The notes under the pieces are model-generated. The model was not told the DNA's origin. It was given only the letters and a program-made list of their open reading frames with translations, and ran no database searches. Position numbers and translations under genes: made by a program. Below, piece by piece: positions 12,251 to 25,235 of a stretch of 64,000 nt of DNA (the stretch's first letter is position 1; every line of letters begins with the position of its first letter). The stretch is from positions 3,844,001-3,908,000 of the forward strand of contig JAYWIR010000010.1 in assembly GCA_036172245.1 (NCBI GenBank), written 5' to 3'. The stretch is from Raillietiella orientalis (taxonomy: Eukaryota).

Positions 12251-13479
12251 ACATGGTCACTGATGACACCGATCATGGGGCTGCAGTTTCTCCTGATGGC
12301 TTTTCTTCGGCCAGAACGAGCGATAAGCTCATTCAATCAGCTCAGATTTCCAGACGGAACCCTTTCCGAGTTTCCAAGCATCGGCATCTTCGTCTCACAA
12401 CGTTTCGTCTCAGGGTGTATCCGAAAGTTTTTCGAAACGCGCTGCTAGGACGCGCGGTCCAAATGGATCCTCGCGTCTGGAGCGCTAGCCGTACTTCCTT
12501 AGCAGTTTATTTTATTTATTTCATTACAGATGTCACTCGCTTCTCCGGAGAACAGATGTTCCGCGTTTATTGGAAGAAGTAGTAGAAACTTCTTTGATTG
12601 GAACTTTTATATTAAAAGATATTAGATTGTACTCTGTGTACCATACTTTTATATTGAAAAGGAAGAGGAAGAAAAAACTCGGGAGATCGAGTATCTGGAG
12701 AAAGTCCACACATCCCGGATCCACAATGAAAACAACTGTCAGAGGCGCGGTTACATCGCCCTGTGAATTGGATTTTAATGACAAAGAGCAGCAAGCAGTG
12801 CAAAAAGAACAAGGAAGCAACTCGCTCGTTGGCTGAGGAGGCACTTGCAGGGAAGCTGGAGAGTGTTCAAAGAGAGCCAGCAACTGATTGCAGATATCCA
12901 ACACGGAATGTCACACCTTGGATGACGGTCCCAGGTTTCAAAACAAAATGGGGCAACAATTTCGGGATCGGACTGGGAGCCGTTGTTTGTCAGAAGTTGC
13001 GGCAGCAAATGGAGTCGGGATAGACGGGGATCAGTGCGAGGGGAAACAATCTGAAAATGGACGAGTTCGTAATCTTCCCGAATTCCTCTTGTTCCCTGAA
13101 AAGGTGGAGCATTCGTCTCGGATTCGGTCGGAATGGATTGGATCCGGCAGATTTGTTTCCGCCGCTCTGGAATAACCAATGCATTCCAATTATTAATTTT
13201 TGATTTCCTCTTTTTTTTTTTTGTGTTTTCACCTGGAGCTGTTCCTCGATTTCGTCCTTTTTCAGGTCGCTCTTAATCGTCCACGAACTTCCGAGAAGCA
13301 AGGGAGCTGCTCGGCATTCTGTGATCTCGAGCGAAATCTCTGGAAAGTTTTTTCGTTTTTGCTTTGCATAGCATACTGGGATACACTGAGGTCATCTCCT
13401 CGACTAGGGTCACTTCCCTGCCTTCCCTTCCCTCTCCCCACCCGCAGAGACGAGTTCCTCCGGGAAAAATTTTCCCATC

Positions 13480-13830
13480 CCCGATACTTCCAGCAAGTCT
13501 TGTTCTTTTCTCGTCCTGCAGGGTCCTTGAACTGGACTTGCTTCGTCCATGCCGGTCTTCCTCGGACGCTCCACCCCACGGCGGTCCCAAGGAAGTCGAG
13601 CACCCTCAGCGGCTGGGATGGCAAGAACACTGGTTTCAGGGAGAGCGGAGGAACTCTTGAAGGTTCTTGTCGCAAGGCCTGGAGCTGCTGTCGTCGGTCG
13701 CCGCCACAAGCGGAAGGGGCGTGCCCATCGGCAGGGCGAGTTTCACGCGCGACGAACCCTGCCCGGACGAAACAACCCGGAATTCTTGCTCTGGTCTCTC
13801 GCGAAGACGGACCGCAGCCGGATTCTTTTT
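13480..13830 (-). mobile_element. LINE fragment F: RT motifs 4-7
   Basis: EFRVVSSGQGSS (GVPQGS-like) and LVAATDDSS (YADD-like) in ORF 13636-13956. VLDFLG...PAWTKQV...EKNKT in ORF 13262-13675; EKNKT also occurs in copy B. Confidence 0.65.
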
Positions 13831-14299
13831 CCTTCTCCGGAGAGAGCGAGAGAGAGAGACGCTGGTGCCTTCCGCCCCATTTCGTTTTTTTTTTTTTTTT
13901 GCCTTCATATGAGCATGGAAGCCGGGGAAGGAGGGAGTCACTTCCAGAAAATGCACTTATTGAGCATAATGGTCTCCGGGATAGAAGCTTTGTTTCCGTC
14001 GTTTAATGACCGATATGAGAAATGCGTCTGAGTGGGAGCACATTGAGGAGCAGCAGATGGATGGCGCTCTCAAAAATACAAAATGTCAGCAGACTGCTGC
14101 CGCTGACGCCGACGGCTCAAGGATTTTCGTTTGGAGACAGAGAGAGGGAGGTCGTTTCGCCTATTTTTTATTTTATTTTATTTTATTTTGGCATTTCAGG
14201 ACGCTAAATTATTGCTAATGAAATGAATCGCTCCGAGGAAAGTTTGAGATTTACAGGCGAGATTATTCTTCGTCGCCATCGAGACCATGTGAGAAACGA

Positions 14300-15326
14300 G
14301 GACGGTGGATGTCGCTGGATTGGGCTGGATGGCACGGAACCCGGCCCCGAGCAGAAATGCCTCAGGTCCCCAGCCAGGCAACCTCTACCCCTATCTGCTC
14401 CATAAAACTGCAACCCCTGGCGGAGTCCAGGGTGGCCGCTGTGGAAGTGCTCCCAGAGGAACTGCGTCCGCTGCGGGGAACTCCCATGCAAACCGCTGGG
14501 AGACCTTCTGCAGGAGTGGACGCAGTGGTCCCGCATAGCCGTCACATTCTTTGCCGCCGCGCACCGTCTGCCCTCAGGGCAAACGATGACAGCAGCCGAA
14601 CCGGCGGGGCGGCAGTTGTTCTGCACCATTGCAGGAGTCGAGAAACTCTTCGACGGCTGCGAAACGAGCGAGCTGGTGAGCGCCGCCGCTCCTCGTTCCC
14701 GGTCAAAGGAACTCCTCCTTCGGTGGAGCGACCTGCTCGCTGTGACCCCCGAAGAACTCGCGGTCCCTTCGCTGAGTGCGGACACCTCACCGCGGTGGAA
14801 ACTACAGGATGTTCCTGCCGCCGTTTCTGCGCTGGGGATTCCTGCCGTGGCGGAAGACGCAGGCGCCCGCCTGCTTCCCAGAAGAGTTGCCTCGCCGAAC
14901 GGTCCTCTCCCGCTGGACTGCAGTGCCTTGGAGGACATGTGACGCAACATGGGCGTCATGGTGACAGCCCGCCACGTGTTGAAGTTACGTTCGCAGCGAA
15001 GGGAGGCCGCCAGCATGGCAGCCGCCTCCATGAGGACGGCTGCAAGGTGATCTCACCTGCAAGAAGTCGTCAGTGGTATCGTCACCATACACAGTCGCTT
15101 CTCGAAAGAAAGGAACCAACCGAACCGAAGTCCATACCCTACCGTCTTTTTATTTATTGTCCCCTCCCTCCCTTTCCGGACTTCCCTAAAAGTTAAGTCT
15201 GCTTTCCGGTGGTCATCCCCAATGATTTTTTTTTCCTCCTGGCATCTTTTGCATTTAGGGGGATACCAGCCCCTCCGCCGTTTGGTTTCCTCTTTTAAAT
15301 AAACGTGCAGACGTGACTGGGTGCAA
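14300..15326 (+). mobile_element. 5'-truncated LINE copy G (ORF2 C-terminus, CCHC, 3' UTR, terminal motif)
   Basis: LLRWSDLLAVTPEELAVPS aligns with LLRWGELLAIPADDLKWPS of copy N. Continues PLDCSALEDM*RNMGVMVTARHVL...MRTAAR*SHLQE. Ends AATAAACGTGCAGACGTGACTGGGTG at 15298-15323. Confidence 0.75.
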
Positions 15327-15329
15327 ACC

Positions 15330-15700
15330 CTGTCCTCCGTCTGCCTCTGCCGCACCGCTGCGTCTTCGCCGCGTTTCCAGGAGTGGGCACTGCCCGCTGC
15401 TGCTCGCTCTTCGTCTCCACGTTTCCAGGTGTTAGCCGAGGGGGAGGTACGACTCGCCAGGAAGTCAGAATGCTCCTTCTGCGTTTGAGGGGATGCTCCT
15501 TCTACGCAAGGCGCTGGACGTCTCAGTCTCCTGATTGCCTGCGGGCCTGGAGTGTGTAGCGGATGGTCGACGCCCGGCAAGGATGCAGACCGGGAATAAG
15601 GAAGTCGAGTTCAAGGCCGTCCACTTCGGATGTCTCCTGGATTCCTGTGCGTAACGCGGAAATCTGGCCGTGTGGTGGAAACTCACTCGACGATTTCATC
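15330..15700 (-). mobile_element. Probable LINE fragment H (end of APE and linker)
   Basis: GVDHPL (SDH.PL-like APE motif) at ~15570, colinear with RT fragment F on the same strand. Confidence 0.35.
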
Positions 15701-16680
15701 TCGGGTTGTGCAGCCGTAGATGCGTGGACTCTCAGAATCCACGCCTCCCCTTCTTCAAAAGGAAAGAAAGAAAGAAAAAGCCGAAAGGTAGGGCTTTTCT
15801 CAAGAGTCCACCATTACCGGATGCATTTTGTGCGCATCGGATTCGGATAACCGAAACATGCTTGGACCATTAGCTCTCTAAAAGAAGAAAAGGGAACACT
15901 TCTTCTCCGGATAAAAGAGAAAAGAAAAGAAAAGAAAGGAAAAAAAAAAAAAAAAACGCGCGCGCACACGTACGATCTGGCTTGATGAGCTTCAGCAAAG
16001 GCGGGATTTTCAGCGACTAAGAAAAGAAGCGCATTTTCAGGAATCCGAGGGAGTCCGGCACTGCTCTTTATAGTTTGCCGGGGAACCCGATGCGCATTGT
16101 ATGGAAATTTAATAAATGAGCGAGATTTTCAATTCCTCTTCCTACCTGTAACTATCTCATTAAGAACCTCCGGCAAGCCTTTTTAATGATTTCACGGAGG
16201 ACCTATCTGTAAATAATTTCGTTCCAGTCACGAGTAATGAAGCGTCTCTTTGTTTTGCCGAAGGAAAATTGCACACGAGTTGTACCATTATTCTGGTCGA
16301 GAAAGATCATTAGTTTTGAGTATTCGTGTTTCGAATGTTTCAATGCACTCTTCCGGAACTGTGTTTTTCCATGGCACGGCCGGTGCGTCGGAATAAATGG
16401 CGTTGTCTTGGATACCGATACTGATGCGGCGGCATTTGCATTTTCCATCACCACTCCGGTTTTCTACCATCTGCTATACTTTTATTTCATTTAGTCTTCC
16501 TCCCTCCCCCCTCCCCCCGCGTTGCCTGAGAGACAGCGATGGTGTGGAGAGTGTGTGTGTGTGTGTGCGCGCCTCGCCTTTCGAAACTCAACCAAGCAAG
16601 TGAGATTACTCGGAGTTTTTCCACGGACGCTGCTGCTGCTGTTACTCTTCCGACGGAACGCACGCCGCCGGACAGGCAAA

Positions 16681-16748
16681 CACACACACATACACACACA
16701 CACACACACGGAGAGAGGAGGAGATATCAAAGGCAATGAATGGCGCGT

Positions 16749-16782
<34 letters not shown>
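16681..16782. repeat. (CA)n, (CT)n and (CG)n microsatellite cluster
   Basis: Directly visible. Confidence 0.95.
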
Positions 16783-19700
16783 TTCCTCTGGTAGTAGCGA
16801 GAGAGATCTGTTTGATTTTCCCTTTTGGAGGATTGTTTGCTTTTCCAGGACTGTGCCCCCTCCCCCCTCCCGCGCGCGCGTTGATCCCTGCGACCACTTG
16901 GTGGCTGCCGAGGCGGGCACACGCGCTCAGGGTCTGCCGGGAGCGGTGGCTCCCGCGGGGCCGGCGCCGCGCGCGGCACTCACTCGCGGAGAACCCGCGG
17001 CCCGGGGGCCGTTGGCGGGAGGCCTTGCAAAGCTTCCAGCCCGCGCGCAGCCTTCTGCCGATTCCGTTCCTCCCCAACGGCGGCAGCTATGACGACGATC
17101 GATCTGCTATTCACTTTTTCCGTAATTCGATGATTGTTCTGGCCGTAATCTGTTTATCTGCAGATGGCTTCGAGTCGGACATCCTTAGATAAAGCATCCT
17201 TCTTTCTGCATCTGCAGTGCCTTTTGATTGAATTAACGATTCCACATGATCTGACAAAAATAATGGGTTAAGTGTTTTCAATTTATGGGTCCGTCTTATG
17301 AGGAGCGCAGTCTTTGATCTTAATGGATCCAATACGATGTGTGACGTGTACGCATCGATGGTTCTCAATTTATCCGTGAAGACAAACTTGATGATCAATA
17401 CATTTCAAGGAAACACGTGAAGCTGCAAGAAGCCGAACTTTTTTTTTTCAAAGCAATTTCCACCCCCCCCCTTCCTCCTCTTCCTCCCCTCCCTCTCTTC
17501 CTTCGTCTCGAATATTGCGGAAAAAGTCCGCGATTCCAGAATGGGCCGCGGACGAGGAAACTTTCCCGTGGAAATTTTCCGAGGAGGAAACTTCGGCACG
17601 CCGTGCTGATTGGCCCGCGCTCAAGTTCCCGTCCCTTGATTTCTATCTCCTGGTGAGGATCCTCGAATTACGCGGTTGCTGCAGCAGCAGCAGCAGCAGC
17701 AGCCACGCTGAGCGGCAAGTCGGAAATGCCCGCCGCCGCAGTGCGGTCGACGCCGGCCGGCCGGCGGCGGCGGCGGCGACCCTGCTTCCGCTAGAAGCGA
17801 AAGACCTCTTCTTCTCGCTCTCCTCCGCGGACGCCTCCTCCCCCTCCTCGCACACCCTCCCGGGGTCCACGGCGGCGAAAAGCACCTCCCGCGAAGGAGC
17901 CGAGCTCGGAGGTCGCGGTCTCTAACCCTTCCGTTCCCTCGCGCACGCAGGTGAGGTGCTCGCCCCTCGCCTCGCACGCGCGCGCGGTGCAGTCCCGGAT
18001 GGCTACGGAGGCCGATGCGGGGGAGGGATCGGTCGGCCCCTTACCTCTACCGATGAGCGGCCTCGACGAGAACCACGGCCGTTGCCCAGCGTGGATTTCC
18101 ATTTCGAACGCTGCGCTCTATCGTGTCTGCACCGAATTGCGGGGAGGAAACGCTTCCTGTTTCGCCGGCTCCTGCGTTCGGGAGGGAGCAAATGGATCCT
18201 TGGCATCGATGTAATGGACCGCCGGCTCTCTCTGTTTTCTTTCTTTTCTTTTCCTTTTTTCCCGAAGGAAAAACGCACTCACCAGTTGTGTGCATCCATC
18301 TACACCGTGCGCACGAAGTCAGGTTCGAAATGAAAGGAGAACTCGCAAAAGGGAGAGAGGGGGAGAGGAAAAAAAGAGAGAAAATGATAAATGACCTCGT
18401 CACAGTTTTAATTATTTCCAGTTGATTCGCATCTGAAATGCGAGCGTCATCATCATCATTTGACACTTGAATCAAAAGGCTGATTCATAATCGGTCGGTT
18501 CATCTGATGGGAACAAATTGGAACGGGGAATCCAAGATAGCCTTCCAGCACATCCCTCAGGTTCCGAGATCTTTCCCAATTCCCAGCCTCTCTGCGCGAA
18601 CTCTCTCGAAACTTTTCCGGAACTTTGAAGAATTGTTCGCTTCCCTCCCTTCCTCCCCCTTTCCTGCTGCAGATGAGGCTAAAACGTGTAGGAAAGCTTC
18701 CGAAAACCAAGACGCTGGTGGTGGTCGAGAGGCTGCTCAGAGGAGGGAGGTCCGACTCGGGATGAAGCCAAGAGGAAGCATCCGCGCCCGGGAGCACGCG
18801 AACGCCGGAAGAGCAGACCTCGTGGAGAAGGGCAAACTCGCCGAGTGGCTCCCCTGTTCGAAGTCCCAAAGAGCAGGTTGCTAACCGCCAGCAGCAGCTT
18901 TTTATTGATTCTGCAACGTGCAGGTATGTGATGTGTGAGTCCCGGTTGCGTCGGGGGATCGAAGAAGCTGAGGGATTTCGCATCTCGAGTGCTCGAGGAG
19001 CAGCTCAAAGCGGAAGGTGCAACTCGGAATTCCACGACTTTCGGGCCCTCCGGTTCTTCGGCTCGAAGGGGTCCCTGCTAAGAGAAATTCGGGTGCCATG
19101 CCAAGGGGTCCGAGGCTCGTAATGAGTAACTCCCTGCAGAAAATCAAGCGAGAGAGATAATCACCCGTCCTTCCCCCTCCCCCTTTCCCTCTCCTCAAGA
19201 GGATTCAAAGGACGCGGCTCTTCGGTAAACAGGGGTCTTGTGGATTCGCTGACGAGCAAATTCACCAATGTCTCCCTGTAACTGCGTTCTATGCAGAGCG
19301 CCGTTTCCATAACAACGCGCGTATCTGGCTGCCTATAAATACTGTTGCTCGGTGATTTGCGAATTTCCACCTGGAACCATGTGTTTAGCAGCCCACACTC
19401 CAGAAAAGGGAACACTTTTTTTCTTGTAGATGATACGTATAAGCGTCGGCGTCCACTCCTAATGCTTCATCAACGTCCAAAGGTTTTTTTTTTTTTTTTT
19501 TCATATTTACCGTTGATATCAAAGTCTTCATTGAGATGAAACAAATGCAAGTCCGGTCTCCGTCTCTTAGAGGGTCAGGCAAGAGAGAGAGAAAGAAAAA
19601 AAAAAAAAAAAAAATGTAAAGTAACTCTCAGGATTTAATGGATCCCATCAGCATAAATAAGCGCACAACTCATTCTGCGCGACGTGCGTGCATTTCATTT

Positions 19701-20400
19701 TACACGGTATGCTCGTCGAAAATTCGTCCGTTCGGGAATTCTGCTTCCTGCTCTCCGGATGGGGATTTCCAGCGTTCTGTTTCCACGCAGCCAGAAATTT
19801 AATGAAAGCAAGAACGGAATCACGGGCGGAGGAAAAGTCAAGCGAAGAGCGATTCTTCCTCCTCCTCTTCCTTCTGCCCAGAGGAAGAGGAAAGAGGAGA
19901 AGAACAAGGAGAAGAAGAAGATCAGCAAACACTCGGGACATTGTTGCAATTCTGACGTAAAGCACGCATATCGTAAAACTTCGGTGGCTTTCGTCTCTTG
20001 GAAACTCAGAAAGTTGCCGTCCCAAAAGACAGGAAGAGAGAGAGCGAGAGATGGGGGGGGGGGGAGGGAGGGAGAAAGCAATAATTGCGATGCTGACGAG
20101 TGTACCACATTGATAACAAAATTGGTCGAGGATCCCGTGGAAAAAGGTACCTTGGCTAAATTTTTCGAACCCGACCCGGAAAGGAAGGGAGTTGGCATGG
20201 AGAGAGGCTGAGTGGAGCAGCCATTTTGTGCGTGTGTTTCTTATCTTGTAGAGAGGGACTCATACGGAGGGGAAGGGAATTTTTCAATGCTCAGAACAGA
20301 GAGTTCCTTCCTACCTCGTGTTGCACCACGAAGTGTTCCCAGTTCCATGCAGAATCGTTTTGTGCAACACGACACACCACACACGAGATCGATGCAATCA

Positions 20401-20427
20401 CTGCTGCTGCTGCTGCTGCTGCTGCTG
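20401..20427. repeat. (CTG)n microsatellite
   Basis: Directly visible. Confidence 0.95.
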
Positions 20428-20719
20428 TGAACGGATCTCTTTCCTCCCACAGTTTCCAGCAATCCCAATCAACCCCCGAGACATCGTGTATCAGCATCAT
20501 GTTGACTATTTGCAGTTTCCTCCGATGATCGAAGAGTTACTAGAAAAAAAAAAAAAAAAAAATAGGTCACATAGGAGTGCATTTTCACATATCTTATAAA
20601 TCGCACTGTTTACAAGTATTATTTTTTTTTTTTCCCCATTTTATGCCAGGGTAGTGACAAAAAGTTGAAATCAATACATGTGCAGGGGGGGGGGGGAGAG
20701 AAGGGGGGGAGTGGGGGAA

Positions 20720-20960
20720 AAGAAAAAAAAAAAAAAAAAAAAAAACGCGAGGAAATTAATAAGGTAAAGAAACCCATGATTTTCTGTAAGCGGGAAGATA
20801 AACATCCAGATATAAATATTTATTTCCATGGAGATGATCGATGCACTGTCGAAGCACTCGTAAGAGTAAAAAAGGAAAAAAGAGAAAAAAAAAAAAAAAG
20901 AAAGAAAGAAAGAAAAGAAAAGAAAAGAAAAGAAAAAAAAAAAGAAAAAAGAAAAAAAAA
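20720..20960. repeat. Poly-A / (GAAA)n low-complexity tracts
   Basis: Directly visible; source of poly-K and poly-F ORFs. Confidence 0.85.
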
Positions 20961-21931
20961 CCGAAACAACTTTCACGGTCCATTCAAAAAATCTGATCGG
21001 AGGAGCGAGATTGCCGGGCGGGGGGAGAGGAGGAAAAAACACCCTCTTCTGCGCATGCGTGCCCGCTCAGGCCTACAGGCTCGCGGCCGGTTTCACTCAT
21101 TTTCGTGATGTTAAACCAGGTGTCATGTGTTCGCCTTCTGTGAGCAGGCAGTGAGTGCAGAGTGGGAATATCCGGTAGGAACGAACCCCCCCCCGAACCA
21201 TTCCTTTTCTGTTCCGAGGGACTCTTCGCGTCCTCGAGGTGCGAGACGGTGTGCTGTGCTCCGAAACATCTCTCGAGATCGTCATCCCGCATCCGAAGAC
21301 GGAGCGCAGGGATCGAGGACGAGGACTTTTCGCGTGTGCTTTCGGGAAGGGTGGGGGTGGGGGGTGCCTGGAGACCAGCTCGCGGCCGAAAAGTGGTCCC
21401 GAGGTCCGCGAGCTCGCCGGCATGAAACTTTTTTCCGCCTCTTCCTTGGTATTTGCGGCAGGCTGTTGAAAAACGAATTTCCGATCGTTAAGAAAGATGA
21501 GCTCGGAGATGCAGTGCGAGATTGCCGATGTTGCAATCTTATCGGTATTGCCCTGTTGAGTTTGGGGATCCGTTGCTTAATTAGGCTGTTCGTATTTACC
21601 TGCTGATGCCTTCCAGGAGATAACGTATTACTTGCAGCAGTGCAAAGTGGAATTTGACATTAATTGGTGTTCGAGCACGAAACCTGCAAAATTTCTCCGA
21701 TGAATAACACGAGCGGCAAGTGATGCCACGGTGAAATCCTAGAGGAACAGAAAATCGTGGAGGAATTTAACGGCGGCGGCAATGGGGGTGGGGGGTGGGG
21801 GAAAATGCTCCCCCTTTTTTTTCTCTTATCGATTTCGATGAAATAATTTATGAGTTACAGTGACGAGTCCGATTGGTGAAACCCGCGAGTTCTTTGTGCC
21901 TTGTACGAAGAAAAAGCTTCCGTTTGATGAG

Positions 21932-22014
21932 GGTGGTGGTGGTGGTGGTGGTGGTGGTGGTGGTGGTACTCGGGAGCGGAGGCAGCGCGTGCGATCTTGC
22001 TTTCCTCCCTTTGC

Positions 22015-22050
<36 letters not shown>

Positions 22051-22051
22051 C
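21932..22051. repeat. (GGT)n and (GCAC)n microsatellites
   Basis: Directly visible at 21932-21967 and 22016-22051. Confidence 0.95.
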
Positions 22052-23857
22052 GAGCGCCCCTCCTCCACAGCTGAGCGGGGGGGGGGTTCGCTGCAGACTC
22101 ATAGTAGTGCTCAGAAATCTGAGGGCACATTTCTCACCACTCGTGTTCATTGATGGATGAGGTACTATTTTTCGCTTGGGGGGCATCCCCGAAGCAAAGC
22201 GTCATGCTAATTGTGCAGCGTGAAGCTTGAAAGCACTTCCGCCGGCGGCCTGCAACGGGAACGGAGGAAACAAAAAACAAAAACAAAAACGGGAGCGATC
22301 GGGGACTGGGAGAACGCCACTCCGAAGTAACTCTTGTGTGTGAGAACGCCGGTCCTCTCCACGAGTGGATCGGAAAGAGATTCGAAATCAGCCGGGATGA
22401 CTAATGAAGAATTTATGGAAAACCGTTCGGGAATCTTCCAGAGATTGCGTCCTAATGTTTCACTCGCGCGTTGGCCACGCGGAATCGCAGGAAACTTTGC
22501 TCGCCGGTGCTGATGCAGGAAGTGTGTGGGCATCCGGGCGCGCTGGAGAGATCCTAGAGGAGGAAGGAGGAGGTGTACGAGTGGATGCTGTTTTTGTGAT
22601 CTTAACGTTGCTCGCCGCGCGTCTCGGGGGAAGTGGTCGGGACGGATAGGGAACCGTCTCATAAGCAAACCGACACCTCAGTCCGCGGGATGGGATGATC
22701 TGCGGACGTGGATCCGAATTTCAGACCGGCGCAGCGTCCACCGCCGGCTGCGGAGGCATTCGGGAGCAGACGGGAGGTTTGTGGTTTACGGGTGTTGGTG
22801 GAGACGTGCCCACCGGTGCGCGGGGCGTCTGGGAGGCCGAAAAAGCGGGTGACCGCCGGCTCGCGCGCTTTTGTGTGCTGCTGGGCACTTGGGCGGAGGA
22901 GCGACAGATATGAGGTGTTTGTTTTCATTCCGCTTCGTTTTTTTTTTGCGGCTTTCCGCGTGCTCACGGACGAGCCGGAAATTTCACAAAGGTCATCCGA
23001 GAGTAACTTTCGCACTTTTGTGCGATTTTTCCTCTTTCGAGAAGAAGAAGAAGAAGAAAAATCCGCAGAATGCAACAACTGCTGCTTACCAAAAAGGAAA
23101 AGTTCGGCGGAAGGTACATTTACCGAAAGAGCTGAACTTAGCAGCTGCTTGAAGGAATGTCGTTTTTTCTTGCGCACAAATTGCCGCTGCATGCATCTGT
23201 TTGTTTTGCGTACGCCACGTATAGTGTGTGTATGGTGTCGATCTACGCATGCGTGTGTACACGGTGAGAAACGAAAGGAGGGGTGGGGGAGGGAGAGACG
23301 TGAATTGTACAAGAAATGGCAACAGAATGTAACGGATGCGAAGTTCTTTTCCAGTCGTCTTACCACCCGCTTTCTCGAAGGCACGCTATCCTCTCCCCTC
23401 TTCCACAGGCGGAACTTTGGACGGAGAGAAGTGTGGTTCTTCGAGCGTGTGGCGAATTGAGTAACATATCCGATTATATGAATAAGAAAAAAGTGCTTTC
23501 AGGCCGAATGTAAAGGAACTGATCGTTTGATAAAATGGTTTTTTTCGCTTTCAGTCCCTTCGTACCTTTTGAAAAGGAAAAAGGCTTTCTTTGCTACTTG
23601 TTGGATGAAGGAAACGAAACACAATCTTAAAACACACACACACTCGTGATTTCCATTAAGTGTTCAGTTAACTTTGCTTCGGGAACCTTTCTGTTTTACC
23701 TTCTCTTTGCGCGTTTAAAATTCGATCGCATCTGTTAAAAAAAAAGAAAAAAGAAATGCAGAATTCCCTGGATAGAGAGAGTGGTGATCCTCCAGAACGC
23801 TGTGATTTAATGATCTCTTTAGCAACGTGAAGTCGGTTTTCCACTGATTAGGATTTC

Positions 23858-23895
<38 letters not shown>

Positions 23896-25198
23896 ATCAA
23901 AGAAGTGATTCCGCCATTCTCTCCTTATTATCGAACATCATTTGCAATTGTTTGCATTAGCTTAATAGGTGCCGATGAATAGGTTTTTCGTTAGCTGGAA
24001 TGGGAATGTGCATTCTCCTCGTCCCAATAAGCTGAAGTGAGATCGGGGGGGATGTTTAGTGACTGGACCACTACTCAAGATGGAAAGCACGTTTCGAGAG
24101 CGCCATCTTTTGACAGGTATAATAAGAAGACGCAGTAGGAAAAATTTCCTCCCTTCCCGGAAAAAATTTGCTTAATTTCAAACTTCCCTTAAAGCTGGGC
24201 TCTCGTATCTGTTGAGCAGTGAATCGATTTCACCATCCTTTATTTTCGGTTTGGCTTCGCTTCGGATGGTCGTAATCTCTTCTCGGTGGCGACGTTGTGC
24301 GCGCACGTCTTCTAATTGTGTTTTCCGGTTTGCGAATTATAAGAACAAGAAAGACATTTCAGGATTGATTGAGGGATGTTATTGTGTAATTCCCCTTTGT
24401 TTTTCCTTGTTTGCAAAGTTTTGATTGTCTCCAGAAGATTTCAAACGACTGAAGGTGCACGAAACTGCGAATATCTCAAGTGTTTTGGATTTTCCTCGGA
24501 AGGTGTAATTTGTTTTTCCGTGTTCGTATTCTTCTAATGATTGCTCCCCCCCTCCCCCTCTCCTTTACTGTACATCTGAAACTCGCAAGGCTGGAATGTA
24601 CGAATTAGTACTCATCTGCAATCTCTTTTAACGTTGTAGCATTGCTCCGTCCGTTCGAGCATTCTTTCATAAAACATGGGATCGTTGCAGCCTCCGTTAT
24701 GCAGCAGCATCATCATGTTGAGCGCATCTCGTCGTTGCCGCGCAACGAAAACAACACAGCACAGAACAAAGACGGAAACCACGGACGAGAAAGGTTCCCT
24801 GTGGTCGATTCCCCAAAGCAAAAATACAAATCGGTGGCTATTAACTGCCTCCTACGAAGTCATTGCCCATTTACTTAGCTGCTGGTTCAGCTGTTTTGTT
24901 AAAGACTCAGTAGAGCAAGCATGGGGGGGGGGGGCATTTTAAAGAGGGCTTATAGCTACAGAAATTTTCTCTTCAAACATTTATTTCGCCCCTTTGGTGT
25001 TTTTCTAATTGGCGGTTTTTCGTTTCTCATTCTTTAATAAAAGTACGATTCTGACGGATGCGTTTTTTTTTTTTGTTCATCGTCGCACATACGCGGTTTG
25101 TGGGAGGTTACCTATTGTATATGGCAGCGTACAAACCCCACCAATCTGTGGCGATGTAAAAATGGATGGCTTCGCCGAAAACTCGAGCTTATTTATCT

Positions 25199-25210
25199 AA
25201 ACATGGCGGC
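25199..25210 (+). promoter_or_regulatory. AAACATGGCGGC: YY1/Pho-like motif overlapping the probable LMO start codon
   Basis: Matches the AANATGGCG consensus that often coincides with translation starts in animal genes; A at -3 and G at +4. Confidence 0.4.
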
Positions 25211-25235
25211 AAGTGTTGCTACCAGATCAAAAACG
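25203..25235 (+). CDS. LMO: Probable coding exon 1 of the LMO gene (MAASVATRSKT)
   Basis: ATG in strong context, 11 codons, consensus donor ACG|GTAAGC (phase 0), phase-compatible with 26301-26335. Linkage to LMO is inferred. Confidence 0.5.
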
